A stretch of DNA of 46,325 nt from a virus: IMG/VR virus record IMGVR_UViG_3300045988_046749; one strand, 5' to 3'. Each line of letters begins with the position of its first letter. Position 1 is the first letter of the stretch. A model generated the notes under the pieces. The model made no database searches and was not told where the DNA came from. It saw only the letters and a list, made by a program, of their open reading frames with translations. A program made the position numbers and the translations under genes. Shown here piece after piece: positions 27,699-35,725 of the stretch.

Positions 27699-27876
27699 CA
27701 TGATACAGGATGGCGTTAAGGCATATTGCTTGCCAGATGATAATTTTTGCCTTGCAGACGAAAAACACAGGAGCCCGCTAAATCTGGAAGAATGCCCCAT
27801 AGGAGAGAGACATTGTACAGGAGATTGCTTTTACTATTCGGAAGATACGGAAGAAAGGATAGAAGAGGTGAAATAA
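27685..27876 (+). CDS. Hypothetical Cys-rich protein
   Basis: 63-aa ORF with SD. Confidence 0.45.
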   Translation: MKMLDMIQDGVKAYCLPDDNFCLADEKHRSPLNLEECPIGERHCTGDCFYYSEDTEERIEEVK

Positions 27877-27877
27877 A

Positions 27878-28570
27878 ATGAGAATAACTGCAATTGCAAG
27901 AGAGGATTTATCAAATATAGGGAATGGTTTAGTCCCAAACAAAATTACACTGGAACTCAGCGGGAAAATCGTACCAGACAGTTACGGAGAACATATTGGA
28001 CGATATGACGTAGAGAAAGAAGTATATGAGTCTTTCTTTAAAAAAGATAATGAAGCAGGAAATACGATGTATTTTGATGCATATAAAAAGTGCGATTGCG
28101 CTAGAGAAAAGAGACATGAGGTTTATACGGAAACCGGCATTAAAGAGGTAATTGATTATTATTTGATGTACGACATTGAGGAAAGCAGTAAAAATGAACC
28201 AACTGAAATCGAAACCGGCATTGATCGCGGATATTGCATAAACGGAAATTACAAATGCAGATATGAGCTTTTATTTGCCGCTAATGGACTTACCTCAAGA
28301 GTGGTTATCGAGTATCATACAAACAATATGCCGATGTACGATCTCATAAAAGATATGGAGGATGATATCAGGGAGGCCCTAGACGATGACTCTGACGAAG
28401 ACAATTTTTTCTATGGAATCATTAAAAACTCTGAAATTTGGATGTTTGATGAATTTGGTTGTGGAATAGGTGTTGAAATTAATAATGCAGATGAATTAAC
28501 TGCAATGTTGGCGTCTGCGAGATTACTTAGCTGTGAGTTTGTGAAAAAGGATGGATCAGATGGAAGATAA
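27878..28570 (+). CDS. Hypothetical protein
   Basis: 230-aa ORF with GAGGTG SD. Confidence 0.6.
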   Translation: MRITAIAREDLSNIGNGLVPNKITLELSGKIVPDSYGEHIGRYDVEKEVYESFFKKDNEAGNTMYFDAYKKCDCAREKRHEVYTETGIKEVIDYYLMYDIEESSKNEPTEIETGIDRGYCINGNYKCRYELLFAANGLTSRVVIEYHTNNMPMYDLIKDMEDDIREALDDDSDEDNFFYGIIKNSEIWMFDEFGCGIGVEINNADELTAMLASARLLSCEFVKKDGSDGR

Positions 28571-28709
28571 AACCTGCAAGACATGCAAAGACAACGAAGA
28601 CGGTCTATGTGATCGCAAAGGAATCCTGGTAGAAGATGATGATAGCTGCAGTAAATGGCAGCCAAGCTGGAAGGAACATTATATAACTAGATTTCTGAAA
28701 GTGAAGTGA
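28560..28709 (+). CDS. Small Cys-rich protein (49 aa)
   Basis: MEDKTCKTCKDNEDGLCD...; fills the gap between flanking genes. Confidence 0.35.
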   Translation: MEDKTCKTCKDNEDGLCDRKGILVEDDDSCSKWQPSWKEHYITRFLKVK

Positions 28710-28718
28710 GGAAAATAT

Positions 28719-28946
28719 ATGAGAGTTAAAATATGGCCAAGACAGTCAACTGATAGAGGCGGGTATGTGTGCATGCCATTATTTTCAAATGTACCAGTCG
28801 GAAAAAAAGGCTGGGAATTGACTAAATGCCTGGAGTGCGGAAGACTTTGTTGGAAAATGCCAGGAATAGCGGATCTGGAAGCGAAGCAAGGCACAAAGGC
28901 ATTATGCACATCATGTGCACTGACGAAAGGAGCCCAGGAAGGATGA
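28719..28946 (+). CDS. Small zinc-ribbon-like protein
   Basis: CLECGRLC...CTSC. Confidence 0.5.
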   Translation: MRVKIWPRQSTDRGGYVCMPLFSNVPVGKKGWELTKCLECGRLCWKMPGIADLEAKQGTKALCTSCALTKGAQEG

Positions 28947-29173
28947 AAAAACCAATAAACAGATATGGTTTAAAGGCGTATCTTACAAAAGGATATGATC
29001 TAAAGCCTGGAAAACGGATCAAATATTCAGAACCAGGGGAGAACGGAACTACATACCTGTATGAAGTTGTAAAGCTATATCCTCACTGCATTTTGCTGAA
29101 AGATACTTTCGACGGAACGAGAATTTGTCCAGGTTATGAGAAGCTTATGTTGATGATGAGGGGCATGGAATGA
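28943..29173 (+). CDS. Hypothetical protein
   Basis: ATG 28943 with AGGAAGG SD inside ORF 28826..29173. Confidence 0.5.
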   Translation: MKKPINRYGLKAYLTKGYDLKPGKRIKYSEPGENGTTYLYEVVKLYPHCILLKDTFDGTRICPGYEKLMLMMRGME

Positions 29174-30072
29174 GAATAAGACTTATTGACGTTGATGGGC
29201 ATAATTTTCCAAACATCCCATTGATGAAAGTATCAGCCTACTACAAGAATAGAGAAAACGATGTAGCCTGGTACGATCCACTCACTGATTGGCATACGCC
29301 ACCGGATAAGGTTTTTATGAGTAAAGTTTTCACCTTCACGCCGGATTATCCACATCCTGTATGCGGAAAAGAAATTATTAAGGGAGGAACCGGATATAAT
29401 TACCCATCTGGCGGTGAAAAACTACCAGAAGAGATTGAGCATATTTATCCAGACTATGAACTGTATCCACAGTTCCGAAATACCGCTTATGGATTTCTAA
29501 CAAGAGGGTGTCCTAGAGGATGCAATTTCTGCATAGTCAAGGATAAAGAAGGGCAGAAAAGTGTAAAAGTTGCTAATCTAAGTGAATTTTGGAATGGACA
29601 GAAAAACATAGTTTTACTTGATCCTAACATGTTTGCCTGCAAAGCATGGAAAGAGTTGTCTATTCAACTGATAGAAAGCAAGGCATGGGTAGATTTTTCA
29701 CAAGGCTGTGATATCCGAATCATGGATGCTGAAAAAACAGAGCATTTAAAGCAAATAAAAGTGAAGCAAGTACATTTTGCCTGGGATAGATACGAAGACA
29801 GAGAGGTTATTCTTCCAAAGTTTAAGTTGGTAAAAGAAATACTTGGATGGGATAAGCGGAAACTTCCGGTGTATGTGCTTGTAAATTTCAACACAACGAT
29901 TGAACAAGATCTGGAAAGGATATACACACTTAGAGATTTAGGATATTGGCCGTATGTGATGATATACAACAAGCAAGACACAAAGCCGTCTGATCCAGTT
30001 AGGAGATTACAACGGTGGGTAAATATGAGGGCAGTATTTGATAGTGTATCTCGATTTGAAGATTATATATAA
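29170..30072 (+). CDS. Radical SAM enzyme
   Basis: CPRGCNFC (CxxxCxxC) at about residue 114; 300 aa. Confidence 0.85.
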   Translation: MRIRLIDVDGHNFPNIPLMKVSAYYKNRENDVAWYDPLTDWHTPPDKVFMSKVFTFTPDYPHPVCGKEIIKGGTGYNYPSGGEKLPEEIEHIYPDYELYPQFRNTAYGFLTRGCPRGCNFCIVKDKEGQKSVKVANLSEFWNGQKNIVLLDPNMFACKAWKELSIQLIESKAWVDFSQGCDIRIMDAEKTEHLKQIKVKQVHFAWDRYEDREVILPKFKLVKEILGWDKRKLPVYVLVNFNTTIEQDLERIYTLRDLGYWPYVMIYNKQDTKPSDPVRRLQRWVNMRAVFDSVSRFEDYI

Positions 30073-30088
30073 AGAAAAGGCGATAAGA

Positions 30089-30478
30089 ATGAGGATAAAA
30101 GAAAGATTATTGCAGTACAAACAGGAACTGCAGAAACAGACGATGTACAAGGAAGGATTGCCTGGGAGCTCGCTAGACATTGTGAATACTCTTTTGAATG
30201 ATCTGGAACAGGACGAGAAAGAAAATGGTTGGATTACAGTAAAATATCATCAGATATCAGAAAAAGAACGTGCAGAAGAATCCATATCAAATGATATACA
30301 ATATATGCTTGACTGCAAAATGCCAGATGACGGACAAGAAATATTGGTTACTAACGGAGAAACAACATGGCAAGATACAAGCTTTATTGATTGTAACGGA
30401 TATTATCTTGATAGCAATTATGATTGGATTGATATTACGGCATGGCGACCACTTCCAGAACCATACAAGGAGGGATGA
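30089..30478 (+). CDS. DUF551-like protein
   Basis: C-terminus WIDITAWRPLPEPYK typical of DUF551 (recollection). Confidence 0.6.
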   Translation: MRIKERLLQYKQELQKQTMYKEGLPGSSLDIVNTLLNDLEQDEKENGWITVKYHQISEKERAEESISNDIQYMLDCKMPDDGQEILVTNGETTWQDTSFIDCNGYYLDSNYDWIDITAWRPLPEPYKEG

Positions 30479-30481
30479 GGA

Positions 30482-30712
30482 ATGCGGTTAATCGACACAG
30501 ATAAATTAAAAAAAGATATACTGCTTCAAAATATCTTAGGAGAACCAATACAGAAGATTATAGACAGATATATACATATTGTGGACAGTCAGCCAACAGC
30601 TTTTGATGTGGACAAGGTTGTGGAGCAATTAGAGAATTATTTATTTGAAAAATATTGTATAGAAGGAGATACAACAATTGATGAAATCGTGAAAGGCGGT
30701 GGAGTTGAATGA
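30482..30712 (+). CDS. Hypothetical protein
   Basis: 76-aa ORF with AAGGAGGG SD. Confidence 0.5.
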   Translation: MRLIDTDKLKKDILLQNILGEPIQKIIDRYIHIVDSQPTAFDVDKVVEQLENYLFEKYCIEGDTTIDEIVKGGGVE

Positions 30713-31149
30713 GAGAAATTCTTTTCAAGGGAAAGCGGAAAAATAACGGCGAATGGATTGAGGGATATCTTTTTGACAATGGATTTGACGGAGAAGAGAA
30801 AAAATATTTCATAGGTGGTTTGATTATTGAGAAATACAATGGAACTGCTTGCGATGAGTGGGATATTACAGGAATTGATTTTTGCGAGATTGACCCAGAA
30901 ACCCTCTGCCAGTTCACAGGACGTTGCGACAAGAATGAAAACAAAATCTGGGAAAATGACATCATCCAGTATGGCGCAGTTGCGGCTGTTGTTAAGTTTG
31001 GAGAATACGGTAATGGAAATTTAGGATTTTATGTAGATTTTCCAGAAGAAACCAATTATCGAAAAGATTTCTCGTATTGGGCGAAGAAAGTAGTCGTTAT
31101 TGGAAATGCGATTGACGATCGAAGTTTATTACAGGAGGTGCTGGAATGA
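30709..31149 (+). CDS. YopX-family protein
   Basis: ILFKGKRKNNGEWIEGYL...LCQFTGRCDKNENKIWENDII...VIGNAIDD matches the YopX pattern. Confidence 0.8.
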   Translation: MREILFKGKRKNNGEWIEGYLFDNGFDGEEKKYFIGGLIIEKYNGTACDEWDITGIDFCEIDPETLCQFTGRCDKNENKIWENDIIQYGAVAAVVKFGEYGNGNLGFYVDFPEETNYRKDFSYWAKKVVVIGNAIDDRSLLQEVLE

Positions 31150-31424
31150 GTAAATCAGTATTAGTGATTGATACACCAGAGAAATGTATATGTTGTCCGC
31201 TATTAAACGGTGCAGATGAATGTACAGCACAAGATGATGATGCAAATTTCAAAGCTGGTGATTCATGGGATGAGTTAATGAAAGGATGCCCATTGAAGCC
31301 ATTGCCGGAGAAAATGAAAGCAACTGGGCTTTATAACTGCGAGCATTTCAAAGCGGGAGACAGGCCACCGAGCTATAAGATCGGCTGGAATAATTGTATT
31401 GATGAGATTGCAGGAGGAGAATGA
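31146..31424 (+). CDS. Hypothetical Cys-containing protein
   Basis: 92-aa ORF with AGGAGG SD. Confidence 0.5.
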   Translation: MSKSVLVIDTPEKCICCPLLNGADECTAQDDDANFKAGDSWDELMKGCPLKPLPEKMKATGLYNCEHFKAGDRPPSYKIGWNNCIDEIAGGE

Positions 31425-31427
31425 TGC

Positions 31428-31604
31428 ATGGCAATGAATATAAACGAAACTGTGAAAAAGTGTAATGTTTGTGGCAAATGGAAAACCACAGCGTATGAAC
31501 CGGATTATCCGATACTTAATGATAGCCGTTTTAGGTATCCGAAAGCAATTTTTATTTGCGAAGAATGCGCGAAAAAGCGCGAAGAAAAGAATATATTTTT
31601 GTGA
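31428..31604 (+). CDS. Small zinc-ribbon protein (58 aa)
   Basis: AGGAGGAG SD; CNVCG...CEEC. Confidence 0.4.
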   Translation: MAMNINETVKKCNVCGKWKTTAYEPDYPILNDSRFRYPKAIFICEECAKKREEKNIFL

Positions 31605-31614
31605 GGTGAAGTAG

Positions 31615-31935
31615 ATGATTGATCTGGCAAAGAAATGCGTATTAGTCAGAACACATGAAGAGTATGAAAATATTCTGAAAGTAGCAAAGAAACAGGGATA
31701 TAGATGGTACGGCGGAAAAGAAACGTATCCATATCCCTTCGAAAAACAGCAGATCCCGGATATATTAAAGTTCTATAGCAATAAAGAACTAACAAAAAAT
31801 GCCAGCCTTGCACCGGGATATGAATTAGTAGAAGCATCAGACATAATTGAATATGAGAAGAAACTTAAAAATGCTATAAGACTTGTTATAACATTTGCCA
31901 GAGTATTCGCTAAATACCAGACAAAACAGCGTTGA
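31615..31935 (+). CDS. Hypothetical protein
   Basis: 106-aa ORF; GAGGTG SD. Confidence 0.5.
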   Translation: MIDLAKKCVLVRTHEEYENILKVAKKQGYRWYGGKETYPYPFEKQQIPDILKFYSNKELTKNASLAPGYELVEASDIIEYEKKLKNAIRLVITFARVFAKYQTKQR

Positions 31936-32006
31936 CAGATCAATTTATTGAGTCCTTGAAGTTACTTGCAGATACCGTAGAAAGTCAGATGGAAGAGGTG
32001 AAGTAG

Positions 32007-32393
32007 ATGGAGAGATTAACAAAAAGAGATTTTTCAAGAATCACATATAACGAACGCCGAAGCATTATGTGCAGTTCATATTGCGATAATTGCTCACAGG
32101 GTGCAGGAAATTGCAAAACAGTAAAGAATATGATTAAAAAACTCGCCACTTATGAAGACTTAGAAGAACAGGGCTTGCTTGTGAGATTGCCGTTTCCTAT
32201 CGGCACAACTGTATGGGATATATGCGGAATGGATATTCGAGAAAACGTGGTAAGCGGAATTGAATGCGGCAAAGATGGTAAACAGTTTTTGTGGGCAAAC
32301 CATGATGAATGGATCGGAGAATTAAATGTTTTGGTATTCCTCACCCGTGAAGAAGCTGAAAATAAGTTGGAGGAACTCAAAAATGAAATTTAA
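32007..32393 (+). CDS. Hypothetical protein
   Basis: 128-aa ORF; translation initiation region identical to that of 31615. Confidence 0.5.
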   Translation: MERLTKRDFSRITYNERRSIMCSSYCDNCSQGAGNCKTVKNMIKKLATYEDLEEQGLLVRLPFPIGTTVWDICGMDIRENVVSGIECGKDGKQFLWANHDEWIGELNVLVFLTREEAENKLEELKNEI

Positions 32394-32601
32394 AGAATTT
32401 GTAAACTGGTGCAATGAAAGAGCCTGTGACGGATGCTGGGGAATGCTGACAGCTATGGCGTGTATTGATTTAATCGGCAAGGTTAAAAAAGTTCCATTTT
32501 GGAAAAGAGAAAAATTCTGGAAAGAAAATTACGAGCAGCAAGTATTAGAAGAGATTATTAATCCGATAGAGAAGAAGTTGGAGGAGATGCAGAATGGATG
32601 A
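32383..32601 (+). CDS. Hypothetical protein
   Basis: ATG 32383 inside ORF 32326..32601. Confidence 0.45.
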   Translation: MKFKEFVNWCNERACDGCWGMLTAMACIDLIGKVKKVPFWKREKFWKENYEQQVLEEIINPIEKKLEEMQNG

Positions 32602-33289
32602 TTATTTCTTTCCTACTATTGTTTGTGAAATAAAAGATTTGAAACCACTTAAAGAGCTTGGTGATATTTTGAAATGTAAATTTATTTTTTCTGATTTTAC
32701 TCTTAGATTGATTGATGGAGATAAAGTACATGAGGCACTTATACAACTTTACAGTCGAGAGTTATTGCTTGATGAAGGAATGGTAGTAGTTCCAGAGCCT
32801 ATACCAGAAAAAGAAGATAAATTTCCGGAAGTGTCGTATTATATTCAATTTTCAGAAAAATATGGCATGCAGATAATGGTGGGACAAGTTACGGATGTCG
32901 AGGATGAAGTATATCGGAGATACGAAAAAATTGACCACGACTATTGTACACTCATAATACGAGCATTGATAACCATAATGGAAAAGATTGAATCAAGGGA
33001 AAAAGCTATAAGAAAAGTAGATAGAAGCAGAAAAGTCAATAGCAGGGGGAAAAATCATTTGTCAAAAAAAGATAATAAAATTTTTCTTCTTGATGATTTG
33101 ATTGAATATGTTGTAGAGAATAATCTATATCAAAAATCCGTAAAACATAGTCAAATCAGCTACCCATGTTGGAGCGTAAGAGGGCATTACAGAACGTACA
33201 AAAGCGGTAAGAAAGTATTTGTAAAGCCATTTAATAAGGGGAAAGAACGTGGAAAAGCAGCACCAAAACAACATACTTATGTGGTTTAA
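32594..33289 (+). CDS. Hypothetical protein with basic C-terminus
   Basis: 231-aa ORF with GGAGGAG SD. Confidence 0.55.
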   Translation: MDDYFFPTIVCEIKDLKPLKELGDILKCKFIFSDFTLRLIDGDKVHEALIQLYSRELLLDEGMVVVPEPIPEKEDKFPEVSYYIQFSEKYGMQIMVGQVTDVEDEVYRRYEKIDHDYCTLIIRALITIMEKIESREKAIRKVDRSRKVNSRGKNHLSKKDNKIFLLDDLIEYVVENNLYQKSVKHSQISYPCWSVRGHYRTYKSGKKVFVKPFNKGKERGKAAPKQHTYVV

Positions 33290-33304
33290 AGGAGTGACGT
33301 ATCT

Positions 33305-33400
33305 ATGATTGATAGTTTAATAGCATTTACATTCGGAATAATATTCGGATCATTTGGAACTATTTTCTTAGTTGCACATTTTGGTGGCAAGCGTAAATAG
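33305..33400 (+). CDS. 31-aa hydrophobic peptide
   Basis: AAAGGAG SD; MIDSLIAFTFGIIFGSFGTIFLVAHFGGKRK. Confidence 0.3.
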   Translation: MIDSLIAFTFGIIFGSFGTIFLVAHFGGKRK

Positions 33401-33421
33401 CAATGAAAAAGGAGTGATGAT

Positions 33422-33721
33422 ATGCGTACAAGGCAAAAGTCACTTGTTGATTTTGGTGTATATCCGGAGGACGTTAACCGTTTAAAGGATATATGCCAGA
33501 AAGCTACACCAGAGCAGAGACACGATATTTTACACTGCTGCATAAGTTCTTGCCCTCCAGGAATTGAACTTTTGGTGTACGAATCTATTGTAGCAAACAA
33601 ATCTTATGATCGTATTATGAAGACAAAGTACATACCGGCAAAGCGAGATGATTTCTACGCATACAAGCGCAAGGCAATGGCTATGTTTTACGATACTCTA
33701 AGAAAACTAAGAGAAATATAA
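33422..33721 (+). CDS. Putative late-gene transcriptional regulator (sigma region 4 / ArpU-RinA-like position)
   Basis: 99 aa directly upstream of late-promoter box B and terS; C-terminus KRDDFYAYKRKAMAMFYDTL is HTH-like. Confidence 0.4.
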   Translation: MRTRQKSLVDFGVYPEDVNRLKDICQKATPEQRHDILHCCISSCPPGIELLVYESIVANKSYDRIMKTKYIPAKRDDFYAYKRKAMAMFYDTLRKLREI

Positions 33722-33740
33722 TACTAAAATTAATATTAAA

Positions 33741-33777
33741 ATGTGGGGACAAATTTTTCTGCCATGTATGGTAATAT
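33741..33777 (+). promoter_or_regulatory. Late-promoter box copy B (ATGTGGGG-N23-TAATAT, TGn extended -10) upstream of terS
   Basis: Same box and spacing as at 11444 and 42037. Confidence 0.55.
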
Positions 33778-33819
33778 AGTATATATCTATGACTATATGC
33801 CATATGTGGCAGATTTTTT
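33759..33819 (+). terminator. Long-loop terminator hairpin enclosing the -10 element of promoter B
   Basis: ctgccatgtatgg (33759-33771) pairs with ccatatgtggcag (33800-33812): 13 bp including 2 G.U; then attttttg. Confidence 0.5.
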
Positions 33820-33835
33820 GTTTGGAGGTGAGAAC

Positions 33836-34288
33836 GTGGGAAAACAGGTAGGAAGACCACCAATATATAAGACGGTGAACGAAATTGAAGAAAAAATTGA
33901 AACATATTTCAAAGAATGCGAAGGCGAAATATTAAAAGATGATAATGGAAAAACTGTATTGAATAAATTTGGAAATCCGGTGGTTATTAATCGAAAGCCT
34001 CCAACAGTAACTGGTTTAGCTCTTGCATTAGGATTTACAAGTAGATTGGATTTATTAAGATATCAAGGAAAAAAGGAATTTTGTAACACGATAACGCGCG
34101 CGAAGAGTATGGTAGAGCAGTACGCAGAGGAAAGATTGTTTGATCGTGACGGTTCCAATGGTGCTCAGTTTAGCCTTAGAAACAACTTCAAGGGCTGGGA
34201 CGCTGATAAGAAAAATGATGATTTCAGAGACGGAAAGATTACGATTGTGAACAATATTCCGAGACCGGAGAAACAGGATGGAAAGTAA
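33836..34288 (+). CDS. terS: Terminase small subunit
   Basis: GTG 33836 after GGAGGTG; GRPPIY...PPTVTGLALALGFTSRLDLLRY...FSLRNNFKGW fits the small terminase pattern. Confidence 0.8.
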   Translation: MGKQVGRPPIYKTVNEIEEKIETYFKECEGEILKDDNGKTVLNKFGNPVVINRKPPTVTGLALALGFTSRLDLLRYQGKKEFCNTITRAKSMVEQYAEERLFDRDGSNGAQFSLRNNFKGWDADKKNDDFRDGKITIVNNIPRPEKQDGK

Positions 34289-35534
34289 TGCTATCAAGCT
34301 GAATGAGATTGTAGCACCGGCATTTTACAATGTGTTTTGGGATATTTTAGATGGCAAGCACACCTACTATGATCTGTACGGTGGACGAGGATCCACAAAA
34401 TCATCTTTTGTAGGCGGCATGATTCCGTTTCAGATGATGCAGGATGCAGAGAATGGCTTAATGTCAAATGCTGTAATCTTTCGGAAAGTCGGTAATACGC
34501 TCAGGGAATCTGTGTATGAACAGATTGCATGGGGGATTGACGCACTTGGAGTAAGTGATTTATGGGCTGACAGTTTAAGTCCTATGCAATACGTGTATAA
34601 GCCTACTGGACAAAAGATCATATTCAGAGGGCTAGATAAAGCAAAGAAAACAAAGTCCATAAAAGTAAAAAAAGGATACTTTAAGTATCTTTGGTTTGAG
34701 GAACTTGATGAGTTTGCAGGCATTGAAGAAATCCGTACAGTTCAACAATCTGTACTTCGTGGTGGGAGCAAATTTGAGGTATTTAAGACATTCAATCCAC
34801 CGATCAGCCGTAGTAACTGGGCGAACGTGTATGTAGAAGAGCCAAGAGCTGACAGTTACAGGCACAAGAGCGATTATAGATCAGTTCCTGTTGAATGGCT
34901 TGGACAGCAATTTATTGATGATGCGGAGCATTTGAGAAAGACAAATCAGAGAGCTTACAACCATGAATATCTTGGCCTTCCTGTTGGACTTGGCACAAAT
35001 ATTTTCGAACTGTTAGAAATTCGAGAAATTACAGATGAAGAGATTCAGAGCTTTCAAAGTATCTACCAGGGGCAGGACTGGGGGTGGTATCCAGATCCTA
35101 AAGCATTTCTCCGTGTAGCTTATGTCCCTAACCAGGAAAAAGTTTTTTTATTAGACGAACTTGGAGGCCCCAAGATAAGAAACAAGGAAATGGCTAACCA
35201 GATAAAGAAAAAAGGATATGACGATTATCCAATATCTTGCGGAGTTGATGAAGAAGAAAGTATTATTGACTTCCGAGATGCAGGGCTTCCAGCACGTAGG
35301 GCCATTGTTACACCGGGAAGCCGCAAATATACTTTTGAGTGGTTACAGTGCCGAACATTAGTCATTGATCCAGCGCGAACGCCTAGAGCATACAAGGAAA
35401 TTATCAATTATGAACATGAAGTAGATAGCAATGGAGAAGTTATCGCAGATTATCCAGATGGCAACGATCACTGGATAGATTCTCTCAGGTATGCGACAAG
35501 TCCATTGTCGATGAGGAGGGGGAACAGTGCATAA
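34278..35534 (+). CDS. terL: Terminase large subunit (PBSX/XtmB-like)
   Basis: 418 aa; Walker A-like GGRGSTKS; nuclease half; follows terS. Confidence 0.9.
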   Translation: MESNAIKLNEIVAPAFYNVFWDILDGKHTYYDLYGGRGSTKSSFVGGMIPFQMMQDAENGLMSNAVIFRKVGNTLRESVYEQIAWGIDALGVSDLWADSLSPMQYVYKPTGQKIIFRGLDKAKKTKSIKVKKGYFKYLWFEELDEFAGIEEIRTVQQSVLRGGSKFEVFKTFNPPISRSNWANVYVEEPRADSYRHKSDYRSVPVEWLGQQFIDDAEHLRKTNQRAYNHEYLGLPVGLGTNIFELLEIREITDEEIQSFQSIYQGQDWGWYPDPKAFLRVAYVPNQEKVFLLDELGGPKIRNKEMANQIKKKGYDDYPISCGVDEEESIIDFRDAGLPARRAIVTPGSRKYTFEWLQCRTLVIDPARTPRAYKEIINYEHEVDSNGEVIADYPDGNDHWIDSLRYATSPLSMRRGNSA

Positions 35535-35725
35535 TGAATAGTAAAGAAAATATATCTAAATGTTTGGAAATTCTGGACAAATTCCAGTTCTTCCAAGGGC
35601 AAAGAGCTGGAAGAGAATTGTGGAATGACAAACCAGTAAAGATACAGAACGAAGATATAAAAAATTTCAATAAAGACATAGAGTTTATCAGAAGTGTGCT
35701 GAAATCAGCTAATTCAGGTGATTAA
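35534..35725 (+). CDS. Hypothetical protein
   Basis: 63-aa ORF between terL and portal. Confidence 0.5.
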   Translation: MNSKENISKCLEILDKFQFFQGQRAGRELWNDKPVKIQNEDIKNFNKDIEFIRSVLKSANSGD

